NCBI GenBank assembly: GCA_964106915.2
Contig: OZ066915.1
DNA: 64,000 bases
Direction: 5' to 3' (one strand)
From: Podarcis gaigeae
Taxonomy: Eukaryota
Shown here: in pieces, positions 49,690 through 61,076 of the stretch
Numbering within the stretch: position 1 is the first letter of the stretch
Layout: every line of letters starts with the position of its first letter
The notes under the pieces: model-generated
Database searches by the model: none
Seen by the model: the letters and a program-made list of their open reading frames with translations, nothing else
What the model was told of the DNA's origin: nothing
Program-made: the position numbers and the translations under genes

Positions 49690-50870
49690 AGATATCTTGC
49701 AAGGCAGGGAAGGTTTAGGTCCTAAGGCTTTATGGGTCAAAACCAGCACTTTGAATACAGCCCGGAAACTAATCGTAGCCAGTGCAGTCATGGCAGAACT
49801 GGTGTAACGTGTTTGGACCACTCTGCCTCAGTTAACAGTCTGGCCTCTGAATTCTGCACCAGCTGCAGTCTCCAAATTGTCTTAAAAGGCAGACCCATGC
49901 ACTGATGTAATCCAGCCTTGAGGTTACCAGAGCATAGAAAGCAGACTTGGCTACCCAGTTCGCTTGAGCCTCAAGCAACAGTAATGGATCCAGAAGTATC
50001 CTCAAGCTATAGGATCTACCTGCTCCTTCAGAGGGAGTGCAACAACATCTAGAGCAGGTTACATCCCATCCATCTGGTTTAGGGAACCACCCACTAACAC
50101 AGCCTTTCTCAATCTGTGGGTCCCCAGATGTTGAACTACAACTCCCATCACCCCTAGCTAGCAAGGCTCAGGGTTGATGGGAGTTGTAGTCAAACAACAT
50201 CTGGGGACCCACAGGTTGAGAACCGCTGCACTAACAGGACCTCAATCTTGTCTGATTAAGCTTCAGTTTATTGGCTCTCATCCAATCCATTACCGAGGCA
50301 AGACATTGATCTAGCACACCCACTGCCTCACCTGAAGATGTATAGGAGAAGCAGAGATGTGTGTCACCAGCAAATTGCTAACCATGTACTCCAAAATTCG
50401 AGATGACCCCATTCAGCAGTTTCATGTAGAGGCTGAATAGCATGGGAGATAATACAGAACTCTCCAGAAGCTGACACAGAAAGGCTCCATGGGGCCAAAC
50501 AATATCCCTCAAGGATCACTCTGTGAAAACAGCCACCCAAGTGGGACTGGAATCATCACAGTGGTGGTGCCCACTCTCAATGTGGACAGCCACTCCAGAA
50601 GAAGACAATCGTTAATGGTATCAAAAGCCACTGAGAAATCAAGGGTAACAAAACAGGGACACATTCCCACTGAGGCTCTTCCGACAAAGGGCCACCAAGG
50701 CAATGTCTGCACCAAAAGCAGGCCTAAATCCAAATCGAAATACATCTGGGAAAACCAGTGTCATCCAAGAGAGTCTGGATTTGGCCAGTGCCTGCCCAAG
50801 AACCTTGTCCAAGAAGTGGAGATTGCTACATTGATCTGTACTGATTTTGGCTCCAGGTGTGCCAGATGAT
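49690..50870 (-). mobile_element. Degraded L2-type LINE reverse-transcriptase fragment
   Basis: Minus-strand remnants LDFSVAFDTIN (LDLSAAFDT), SVLSPMLFSLYM, QFAGDTHL (YADD region) and LVTSRLDY; frameshifts and stops; boundaries approximate. Confidence 0.8.
50100..50228. mobile_element. Palindromic hAT MITE with SPIN-like termini, nested in the L2 fragment
   Basis: Perfect TSD CACTAACA (50092-50099, 50229-50236); right end reads CAGCGGTTCTCAACCTGTGGGTCCCCAGATGTTG on -. Confidence 0.9.
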
Positions 50871-50899
50871 ACACACAGATTTTTAGAATGAGAACTTAC

Positions 50900-51039
50900 T
50901 TTCGGTTTGCTTCTTGATCTTCAGAGTTACAGTTTCTCCAGCCATCTGGAGTAGATGAATGGCTTCACTCAGAGGCTTCCCCTTAAGGCTTACATTATTA
51001 ATAGCTAATATCCGGTCTCCTACATGGATAGCTCCAGTC
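50900..51039 (-). CDS. GRIP2: GRIP2 coding exon (PDZ6 C-half: [47 protein letters not shown])
   Basis: tttag|G acceptor, A|gtaagt donor; 140 nt. Confidence 0.97.
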
Positions 51040-51203
51040 CTAAAGAACAAGCATATAAAAATTCCAACTGTTATGCAAGACAGTAATTTCATTAAACCAG
51101 CCCATAAATAAAGATATCCATGTTCAGTTGATGGATGCACATATGACAAGATTTAAAGTTCTGTGGTAATCAGAAGAAAAACATGAAAACAAATGCACAA
51201 CTA

Positions 51204-51605
51204 CCGTATTTTTCGCCCCATAGGGCGCACCGGCCCATAGGGCGCACCTAGTTTTTTTTGGGGGGGGTGAAGAAAAAAATGTTTATTTCCCTCCCAGGCA
51301 CGGGGCTGGGGCGTGGGAAGCCCGAGCTTCCCCCGACCCCAGCCCACAGAACAGGCTGCTATCCGCAAGCCTAGGGAGCCCGGCGTGACGTCGCGCTGGT
51401 CTCCCCAGGCTTGCGGAGAGCTGCCCGAAGCCCAGGGTGCGCTCCGTGGCACTCCCGCGGGCTCCCAAGGCTTGCGGATAGCTTCCTGAAGCCTGGAGAG
51501 CAAAAGCCTTTCAGCGAAAGCCTGCATTCGCCCCATAGGACGCACACACATTTCCCCTTCATTTTTGGAGGGGAAAAAGTGCATCCTATAGGGCGGAAAA
51601 TATGG
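51204..51605. mobile_element. Tc1/mariner-superfamily (Tc2/pogo-like) non-autonomous element, CpG-rich
   Basis: TA on both flanks; TIRs CCGTATTTTTCGCCCCATAGG / CCTATAGGGCGGAAAATATGG; internal inverted repeats gctatccgcaagcct...aggcttgcggatagc. Confidence 0.85.
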
Positions 51606-51734
51606 TATTTACAGATTAGCAGGCACTCCTCCCAATTCAGTGATTTATAATGGAAAGAGAAGCCCATGTATTCACCCATACTACACATAATGCTTCTCAT
51701 TCATCTATAAAGGCTGATCCATGAATTCCAATTG

Positions 51735-51777
51735 AAACAAACAAACAAACAAACAAACAAACAAACAAACAAACAAA
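51735..51777. repeat. (AAAC)n microsatellite
   Basis: Seen directly. Confidence 0.95.
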
Positions 51778-52689
51778 ACCCCCAGACCTGTATATGCATA
51801 TATCTGCATAGACAATCTGTCAGGGCTTGGGAACCTTCACTTCTTGGGCCCCATTAGGCTTAGCACAGATCCCAAATTGGCCCATGGGGTGGTTTCTCAC
51901 AAACCATCCGCACACCTGACATCATATGTCATATGGACATGGATTTAAGGGAGCTCTCAATTGCTCCTTGGCCAGCTGACTGGGAGCCATGCTGGGACCA
52001 GCTACACCAGGGAGCTCCCCAATGGGCTTTGAACCCAAGCTGCGTCCTCTGCAGAGGGGAAAATACTGTGTTTTTACTTCTGCAGAGACATCAAAGTGGT
52101 TACCAATCAGCTGTTTGGTGGTTACAGCAATCTCCTTTGGAGATGCCCTTTCAGCGATAGTCAGCTGATTGGTGCTAGAGGGTGCATTCAGAGTGGCTTG
52201 CTGTAACCACCAATCTGCTGATCAGTGACCTCCTTTGAACTGTGACAGGTTTCAACCACTTGCAGTCATTATGATGCCATGTGAGCAGCAAGTGGGAAGT
52301 CCCTTTGCCCTCCCTGCCATGGGAAGAAGCCACAGCCAATGTCTGACATCATGATGTCAAGAATACCTGTAAAAAAAAAAAAGACTTGCCATAGCCAATC
52401 AGAACAAATGGCAGTGAAGTCAAAGAAGGCAGAAGACAGCGATGTCAAATAAGAAAGGGGGGTGGGTAACATTGCCCCAGAGTAGCAGGCAGAGGAACAA
52501 AAATGTGCCAAGCAGCAGAACGTCATCCAAACATTTGGTGAGGCCAATATTTTGCCTTGTCATTTGTCTGGCTATGGTGAATAGACTAATTTTGAGTTGC
52601 ATTACAGAATGTATGGTGCCCATAATAAAAGATATGATTCACCTATGAACACTACAAAACATACAAAACACAGTGAAGATGGTATAAAG

Positions 52690-52926
52690 CCAGTGTGGTG
52701 TAGTGGTTAAGAGCGGTAGACTCGTAATCTGGGGAACCAGGTTCGCGTCTCCGCTCCTCCACATGCAGCTGCTGGGTGACCTTGGGCCAGTCACACTTCT
52801 CTGAAGTCTCTCAGCCCCACTCACCTCACAGTTTGTTGTGGGGGAGGAAGGAAAAGGAGAATGTTAGCCACTTTGAGACTCCTTCAGGTAGTGATAAAGC
52901 GGGATATCAAATCCAAACTCTTCTTC
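52690..52926 (+). mobile_element. tRNA-derived squamate SINE (Squam3-like), full length
   Basis: A box tggtgtagtggttaa, B-box-like ggttcgcgtct, core gctgggtgaccttgggccagtcac, (CTT)n tail; TSD TATAAAG (52683-52689, 52927-52933). Confidence 0.85.
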
Positions 52927-54248
52927 TATAAAGAAAGAGTATTCCTCAAGGAAGTGACCCATTCAGTTTGATCCGGGCTTGCTTGACTTTAGTAATTCAT
53001 CTAAATAGACTGTGAACTACAAAGGGTTGAGTGAGTTTCACCTGACCCTTGGGGTGCTGCACACGGAGACCACAATAATAAAGGCTGCCTTTGCATGACC
53101 TAAGTACACCATCCAGCTCACAGGTGGAATTCAAGGTACGGCTCAACTGTGGGTTGTTTTCCAATGGATGCAAAGGCCAATTGTGTCATATCCTCCATTT
53201 AGATCACAGTTATTCCATTAAGCTACAGCTGCAACAGACACTCATTTCCTTGCATGCTCTAAATTGCACTACAACTAAAGCATTGGTTAAGTACACAGAG
53301 ACCAATGGCCGGCCAGTTTCAGAGTGCTTGCTGTACCCATGTCCATTTTCCTTGTGCTTCTGCTGTTCTAGCCATCAGTTGTGGTAAAATCTCCAAGAAT
53401 TGTCATTTAAGCATATTTTATCTTCCCATCAGAAGAGTCTGTCTTAGCTACTCCACTCCCTTCCAGGAGTAAATTACTTTTGCTTGCAGATCTCCCAAAC
53501 AAAAGAACACTGTCTATTTTCAGTCACAGAAAACAAAAGCTTAGCACACAGAACAGCAATCAGTTTTGGAAATCTTGTTTGTTGGCAGCTTATAAGGATA
53601 TAATTCAACTTCTTTATATTTTATGCTCTCTCTCCCCCCACCCTGCTTTTTCCTTTGAGTCAGGATTGATTTCTCAACTATCCACTAGAGGTCACTATGG
53701 TGCCAGTTTAAATAGCAAAGTTAACTTTATTTCCAAACAGTGGATTAGTGAACTGAAATTATAAAATTCCTCTGTTTTCAATAGCAGCTGAATGGATTGG
53801 TATAAATTATGGCTCAAAAATTCTGGGAAGGGAATGTGCATGGGCCCAAAGATTCACTTTGTATCTATTTTGTTTTTAAACAAAACTAATTTCTGAATTG
53901 CACTATGCTTTTTACACCTCGATCTGCGCTCCAGGTTCCGAGCCATTCTGTATACGAGTGAAGTTCTGCGTTCTCCATTCATTACAACTGGGAAATATAA
54001 AAAATGGGTGCTGTTTGCAAACATGGCCGCCCCTTCTGAGGAAATGAAGCCTGCCCAATTTCAGAATGATAGTTGCAGGGGTTCTCCTGCAAGGACAGAC
54101 GTTACCAGTTTGCAGTGGTTACATGTGAACGGGGTGATGGTGGTGAAAAGAACAAAGGATCCACAGGAAAAACTGAGGTGAGGGGGAAATGTCATATACC
54201 CCCAGCAATTTCACAAGCTTGTAAACAAACAGTCCACAAATTACAAGC

Positions 54249-54392
54249 AGGATAGCTCAGTTGGTTAGGGCATGGTGCTGATAATGCTAAGGTTGCAGGT
54301 TCAATCCCCATATGCTACAGCTACGTATTCCTATATTGCGGGGGGTTGGATTAGATGAACATCAGGGTCCCTTCCATCTCTATGATTCTAAG
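54249..54392 (+). mobile_element. tRNA(Ile)-like-headed SINE with CR1-like tail
   Basis: tagctcagttggttagggcatggtgctgataatgctaaggttgcaggttcaatcccc head; gggttggattagatg...ggtcccttccatctctatgattct tail. Confidence 0.75.
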
Positions 54393-54450
54393 GTTATGTG
54401 GCTGCACATTTTGAACACAGCACTCCTGATTGGTTCCTTTCTTGTAACTG

Positions 54451-54451
<1 letters not shown>

Positions 54452-54492
<41 letters not shown>
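54452..54492. repeat. (CA)n microsatellite
   Basis: Seen directly. Confidence 0.95.
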
Positions 54493-54494
<2 letters not shown>

Positions 54495-54841
54495 TGCACA
54501 AACATATCCACCAATGCATAAACATAATAGCACTGAATATACTACCTGGAAGAAGCTTCACAGTTTCCCCAAGCAACACAAAATTGCCCGTTGGGAGCTC
54601 AGAAACTGTGACAGCCATTCAGCACACAAACCTCTCATGTCTCCTCTCAAGATCACATGCAACCAAGTTCTCTCTTTCCTTACACGCACAGCCACGTAAC
54701 TGTGCAGAAAGATCTACACCACCCACGTATGCAGGCTCTATTTAATTCAGTGGTACAAATGAGCAGAAGAGCTTCCCAGTGGATTACACTCGGAGTATCA
54801 TTATGTCATGCCTGCCCATTAGGATGCAAATTGCAACTCAC

Positions 54842-54986
54842 CTTTCCGCCAGCCCTCGTTTTGTCAATCCTGAAATGACAATTGGGTCAAAAGGCTCCTC
54901 GGTCCCTGAAATAGTGATTCCCAGGGGTCCACCGTATCTCTTTAGCTCCACTGTGTAGATGATAGCACCAGTTGTTTCTTGCTCAT
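54842..54986 (-). CDS. GRIP2: GRIP2 coding exon (PDZ6 N-half: [49 protein letters not shown])
   Basis: aacag|AT acceptor, AG|gtgagt donor; 145 nt; absent from the ORF track, translated by hand. Confidence 0.97.
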
Positions 54987-55746
54987 CTGTTAAGAGGAAA
55001 GGAGGGCTCTGATTATAGAAATCACTCTAAACTAAAGGAACTCCTGAGATTAGTCCTAGATCATCTAGAAGATACAGGCTGATTATAAACTTCCATTAGA
55101 CCTACTGCTTGTTCTTTCCAGTTATCAAAAAAACCCAGTAACCGCCAAAGAGGATTGGGAAATGATCATTTATTGCTTAATAGCTAGTAGCATGTGATTA
55201 CTAATTTCATTATAATACAGGAAGGAATGAAGTGCATATTTTAATTTTTTTCTTCCCCGCTTCCTACAATTTCCCATGAATTCTAATTGTTATTGATACA
55301 AAATACCTTTAACTTGTAGTCATTGATCTAAGTAATGCATCAATTCGTATTTCTAATTAATTTTGGTATATATGCTTTGATGCAACTTTGCTAATTAATA
55401 TATCCAGAAAAAATTATCTGAGTGTTTATTGCCATTTGGATTTTAATTTTAAGGAATTGCTGCGTGCCACATGCTGTAATTCAAACAAATATATATCTCA
55501 ATGCAACCATGTTAAAACAGTCTAAAGATGAAAATGAATAAAAATGATGTCACAAAGAAAAACAATAAGGAAAGGAAAACAGGTGGAATCTGAAAGTATT
55601 GGACCGTACATAACTGCATTTATTAGCTAGGCAATTTTGTTTCCATTAATATACCTATGTTTCTAATAAGGCCATTTAGATACTGGTACTCTGTTCAACG
55701 CATAAACACTTATTTAATAATGATAAGGAATCTTCAAGGTATGCAT

Positions 55747-55836
55747 CATAGCTGTCAACATTTCCCTTTTCTTGCGAGGAATCCTATTTGGAATAATGGA
55801 ATTTCCCTTAAAAAATGGAAAACGTTGACAGCTATG
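55747..55836. mobile_element. 90-bp hAT MITE
   Basis: Perfect 13-bp TIR CATAGCTGTCAAC/GTTGACAGCTATG and perfect 8-bp TSD GTATGCAT (55739-55746, 55837-55844). Confidence 0.92.
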
Positions 55837-56071
55837 GTATGCATCAAACCTCAAAGTATTTCCTAGCAAAAGAGTAAGTAACTTTTAAGCCTTAGAGTAG
55901 GTTTGTAGGCACTTGCTGTGTGCACATGCGCACCAACACATGAATGCACAGGCACATGTACACACTCATTACTTGAATAATGGTTTTCCAGTTTCTCTGC
56001 CAGGCTTTTCTTAAGTATTGGAGTGTTTTATTAAAATGGCTCAGAAACAGCTCGATTCAGTGCTTTCGTAC

Positions 56072-56217
56072 CAGAATTATCCTCATCCTTCCTGATCTTC
56101 AATTTGACAAGTTCTTCACACTGCTTTAAGATCTGCACCGCATCCTCCATTGAGCAATTGTCGAGTCGGATATTATCAATGGCTAACAGCTTGTCTCCGG
56201 GCTCTAAGGTGCCAGTC
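56072..56217 (-). CDS. GRIP2: GRIP2 coding exon (PDZ5 C-part: [50 protein letters not shown])
   Basis: cacag|G acceptor, G|gtacga donor; 146 nt. Confidence 0.97.
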
Positions 56218-56657
56218 CTGTGAGCAATGGGGGAAAAAACAAGCCTGTGTTTAACACATTCCAAATAGCTGCATACTTAGTTCTTCTCCAAGAGCTGTTG
56301 CAGTACTGTGGGTGATATGGCAACTCTTCTGCAGCAGAGAATTTGCCCAGGTTAATGATTAAAAAAAGACAAGATATTTCTGCATAGAAACAGGTTCAAA
56401 TAACTAAAATCCAGCCTGAGAATACACCTCATTATTAGCAATTCCCTCAACTGGTGAAAGTTAGGCAGCCTTTCAACATTTCACTTGGGGTACCTTAAAT
56501 AAGTGAGAAAATAAAAAAAACGAGTCACAGGTAAATGTGAAGGAAGCTGGTGTCAAGAAAGTGTTTTGTGAATTACAGTTTTCTCCATACATCATGAAAG
56601 GACATAGGGAGGTGCTGTTATTGGCTGTCCTCATCTCTCATGGTGCGTCATCCAGAA

Positions 56658-56790
56658 CAGAGGTAGCCAACTTGTTGCCCTACAGATGCTTGACCACAAC
56701 TCCCATCAGCCCTGATCACTGGCTTTGCTGGCTGGGGCTGATGGGAGTTGTAGTCCAACAACATCTGGAAGCCTCCATGTTGGCTACGTC
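56658..56790. mobile_element. Palindromic hAT-type MITE
   Basis: caactcccatcagccc...gggctgatgggagttg hairpin core with gtagccaac/gttggctac ends. Confidence 0.75.
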
Positions 56791-57576
56791 AAAATAATAT
56801 AGACCAGTTTATACTGTGCGTAACTCAGAGAGCAAACTCTTAATGCATGCATGTTCTACTTTTATATAACAAGGCAGTGCTGGCAACACTGCTTGTACTG
56901 GGATCAAGTAGGCTTAAGTGAGATTCCAGGAGTCAGTATGCTTATAAAATACTAATTTATTAAAGCCAGCACTGTACTCTAATTAGACCTACTTCTATAC
57001 TGAGGCCAAAGGAAATGTCAGGCCATGGCACACCTTGTGAACAACTTCAGCAAGTCTAATTACGCACAGGAGGAGAATATGCAAACATCTGTGAACTTCG
57101 GAAGACATGGAAAATGTTTGGCGTTACAGTTCATTGGTCCTGATGTTTGGGAAGGAGCCATCGCTTAGAGGAAGAACGCACATACTTTGCACAATGAACG
57201 TCCCAGTTCAACCCCCAACATCTTAAGCTGAAAAGATCTCGGGAGGCTGGACTGGGAAAGAGCTTTGCTGTTGCCTTCAGGCCCTGCTTGCTGGCTTCTT
57301 ATAGGCATCTGGTTGGCCACTGTATGAACAGGACGTTGGATTGGATAGGGTGATCCAGCAGGGCTTTTCTTATGCTTATCCTTTGGATCTCTGACATCTA
57401 TTTTTCCTCTCCTCATTCTTCTTATATTCTTAGAACTGCAGATAGTCAGAGCAGACAATATGGGTACAGGTGGCTTGGAAGTCTGAACCAATATAAGGGG
57501 CCTTCATATGTCTTAACTGGGTTCAGCTGATTTAGTGTCTGAGACTTGTAAGTGGAAAATTAGATTCTTCACTTAC

Positions 57577-57640
57577 CTGTGTGCTACACTTCCCTTCTTG
57601 ATATCAGAGATAATTAAAGGCTCCCCAGACTTTCTGCTTG
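57577..57640 (-). CDS. GRIP2: GRIP2 coding exon (PDZ5: [21 protein letters not shown]); most 5' GRIP2 exon found in the window
   Basis: caacag|CA acceptor, AG|gtaagt donor; 64 nt; translated by hand. Confidence 0.92.
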
Positions 57641-59363
57641 CTGTTGTGAGAGAGATACCACAGAGTCAAAACTCAATCTGTACCTCTAGGATAATCTTTA
57701 GCATTACACTAACTTCACAAAGTAGGCATTATACAAGTCTTTGGAATTCAAAATTGAATGGAAGATTCATGCTGAGAAAGCCTAACACTTGGCCTAAAGT
57801 TTATTAAGCATTGGCATTGACAGGCACTTTAAGAACAACACATTTCTACACACTTATCCCCAAACAGGAGATATCTTTCTGGCCTTTCATGGCGTCATGA
57901 TGAAGGCAACAACATAAGCCCGTGTGGGGCAATGGTTAGACTGGAGGACCCCCAGGCTTGAATCCCCAATCAGCTGTGGAGAGTAGGAGGGGGGGAGAAC
58001 TACCACAACTTGATTTATCTTATGATTCAAACAACCGAGTCGTATTCACAGAGACCAATGACCTGGACAAGAGAAGAGTAAGAAGGCATCAATTTCTGTT
58101 CAGACCCTTGTTTCGTCTCATGCAGCACTGTTTCTGCTCCACTGCAGTTTGACTGCCAACAGAAGCTATACAATTCCTCTCATGAATTGTCTGATACAGT
58201 AGAATCTTACATAATTCATTACGTGGTTAATTTATCATCACGTTACTCCACACCATTTATTTAAACACAAATACCATTCATTTCAATGCAAAGGAAATGC
58301 AATGCAGCTCGGGGAGGGGAAGTTATCGATTATGCATCATTTGCGGACTGAAAAGAACAAGAGAAGCAAATATTGATCATATTTGCTGGACTGATTTCTG
58401 CTCCAGACGTGGGACGAATAAGCAAAAAGAAGCAATTTCCATTCCCGTCAGAATCCTCCAACATCCCTAAAAAAGGGTGAGCACAGATGGCTCCAGAAAA
58501 ACTAGGCTTGGGAAGCAAAGGGGTGGCAAGAACCATTATTAGGAGAGCGATAAAGAAATCCAAGTGACCAAAAGCTGGAGAGGTGGTGAATGGGAGTAAG
58601 AGGAAATACTGTGGAACACCCACCACCCTTCAGCTATCTTTGATGGTGCAACCTTTTCCTTCTCCTGTGGCAGGAGTATCACAGCAGACAGATCCACAAA
58701 GATAGCTAAGAGTAAAGGGGGGGGGGGCGGAGCAGGTGTCCTAGAGATTCCACATACAACAAGATGATGTACCCATAGAGTAGGGACGGGGAACATTTTC
58801 CAGTCAACGTTCCCTTGTGAGCAACCTTTCAGAGGCTGCATGCTAGTTGTGGGGAAGGCCAGAGATAAAAGTGAATGTAGCAACACATGTGACTATTATC
58901 TTTGCACAGCAGGCTGCGTTCCAGTCACACAAAATCCAGAGGTTCCAACACACATGTCCACCCATTGCGTCCTCCCTCCAGGCAAGCAGCAGGCACTGTC
59001 GCAGCTCACGGACAGATCCCAAGCAGGCCTGAGGGCCACATTCAATCCATTGGCCTGAAGTTCCCCCAGCCCTGTCACATAGGACTGTAGAGGGAATCCA
59101 AGAGTACGGCTTCTTGCCAGGAAGCATTTCATTTCATTATCTTTTTTTCAGCCACATCTGATTGTGGGCAGACCAGGACATCCGACACCTGTTTAAAACT
59201 GAGGACATTTTTACCACAGAAATAGTATAGAGGGAGATAGCAAGAATCGGTTCCAAAGCTGTTCAGATCTTTCTCCTGTTTTTTCCCCTTCCTAGTTGAA
59301 CAAATTCGCCTCTATTGAATAATATAAAAATGCAATTAGTCAGTACCTATGCATAGTCCTAGA

Positions 59364-59713
59364 GGGACACGGGTGGCGCTGTGGGTTAAATCACAGAGCC
59401 TAGGACTTGCCGATCAGAAGCTCGGCAGTTCGAATCCCCGCGACGGGGTGAGCTCCTGTTGCTCGGTCCCTGCTCCTGCCAACCCAGCAGTTCGAAAGCA
59501 CGTCAAAGTGCAAGTAGATCAATAGGTACCGCTCCGGTGGGAAGGTAAACAGCGTTTCCGTGCACTGCTCTGGTTCACCAGAAGTGGCTTAGTCATGCTG
59601 GCCACATGACCTGGAAGCTGTACGCCGACTCCCTCGGCCAATAAAGCAAGATGAGCGCCACAACCCCAGAGTCAGCCACAACTAGACCTAATGGTCAGGG
59701 GTCCCTTTACCTT
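59364..59713 (+). mobile_element. Sauria SINE (Squam1-like), full length
   Basis: gggacacgggtggcgctgtgggttaaa...gttcgaatcc B box...ggggtccctttacctt; 12-bp TSD TATGCATAGTCC (59348-59359, 59714-59725). Confidence 0.95.
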
Positions 59714-60937
59714 TATGCATAGTCCAATCAACCATTATTATAGCATATCAGCAATAGTAGAAGTAGGCAGAAAGGTCTAGCACTGCAATTCTCTACACAT
59801 GTACTCAGAAGTATAGCTAGCCGAGTCCAATGGATCTTACTCCCAGCCATTTCCCAGCATTTATTAAGGTTAACTTGTTGAAGGGCTTTTACAGATAGCA
59901 GAGGCATAAAATAATCCAACTCTCCATGAATTGGCCTTGTAATTGCCCCAAACAACACTTCTCTCATCAAAGTTAGACATGCACACTAGGCCTACATTTG
60001 TCCTGGTACAACACACATTATTGCTGAATGCAGCAACCCACTCACTAATAAGCACAAAAGAAGATACCATCAGAGAAGAAATAATTCGGTCTCTGGAGCT
60101 GGTTTGTCAATGGCAAAATTTGAATTACGCTTTTCAAAACAGGCTTAATGGTATTTAATTTGAATGTAGCAACATAGGTCTAGGAAGCTGTTCTGCATAC
60201 TGGTAATTAAAAGAATTTCCAGCCCAGAATTCAACAGAACTGGTAACAATTCAATTTGCTTTAAATAGTCACATATAATTAGAACACTTTACAAAAAAAA
60301 AAGCTTAATAATATTAAACAAGGCAAACTCTCCTCTTAAAAGTAATTCAGTATTGTACTGATTGTTCTGTGATGCTCCTCCCAATATGCAAATCATACAA
60401 ACTAATTTAGGGGACTACTGATCAGCAGTCAATTAGTATTCAATTAACCCTACTAAATCTTATTAGCCAAATTAAACTCTCATGCGCAAGCGCCACCTCT
60501 TCCTGTTCATTACTCAGGTTTTCTTTCAGCTGGCCTTTTAATCCAATGCTGAAATTGGAATGGGTTTGCTTTGTTTTTAATTCATGGAGCCATTATATGC
60601 AGCTCAGGCTTATTATCTGGCAATTCATATTAAAGGCTTCATGTATATCTCCATTCTATTCTACCAGAACTCCACCATGCCTTCTTGAGTTGTGAATGAA
60701 AATGACATTGTCCTTTTTTCCTATGGTTCTATGTACTATAGCAGGGGTGGGAAACCATTTTGGCCTGGCAGGCAGATCCCACTCCCATAGGTCAATTTTT
60801 ACAGGTGGGTGGGGCAACTTGCCTGTCAATCACTAGGTGATTGACAGGTGAGTTGTCTCGCCCTCTTGTAAAAGTCCCTTGCGCAAAGTTTGAGAACCAC
60901 AGCGTAAGCGACTTTGCAGGCTTTCTGCTTGGAACTT

Positions 60938-61076
60938 GGCATAGCTCTGTCAGTAGAGAATGAGACTCTTAAGAGTCGTGGGTTTGAGCCCCACATTGGG
61001 GGAAAAGATTCCTGCATTGCAAGGGGCTGGACTAGATTGGCCCTTGTGGTCCCTTCCAACTCTATGGTGCTATGAC
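60938..61076 (+). mobile_element. tRNA(Lys)-derived SINE with CR1-like tail
   Basis: catagctctgtcagtagagaatgagactcttaa...gtcgtgggtttgagcccca head; ggactagat...ggtcccttccaactctatg tail. Confidence 0.75.

Noticed and set aside
54249-54325. Possible tRNA-Ile gene (likewise tRNA-Lys-like sequences at 30111 and 60938)
   Set aside because: Stems are degenerate and each continues into a retroposon tail, so these are SINE heads, not tRNA genes.
35636-57640. Calling the PDZ gene GRIP1
   Set aside because: Some segments (EEIQEIMSPTPLELHK, the -TQTL end) look GRIP1-like, but [39 protein letters not shown] and adjacency to SLC6A6 point to GRIP2.
57640-57660. Possible AT-AC (U12) acceptor for the small GRIP2 exon
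   Set aside because: A canonical CAG acceptor gives a consistent phase-1 64-nt exon, and there is no U12 branch consensus (TCCTTAAC) nearby.
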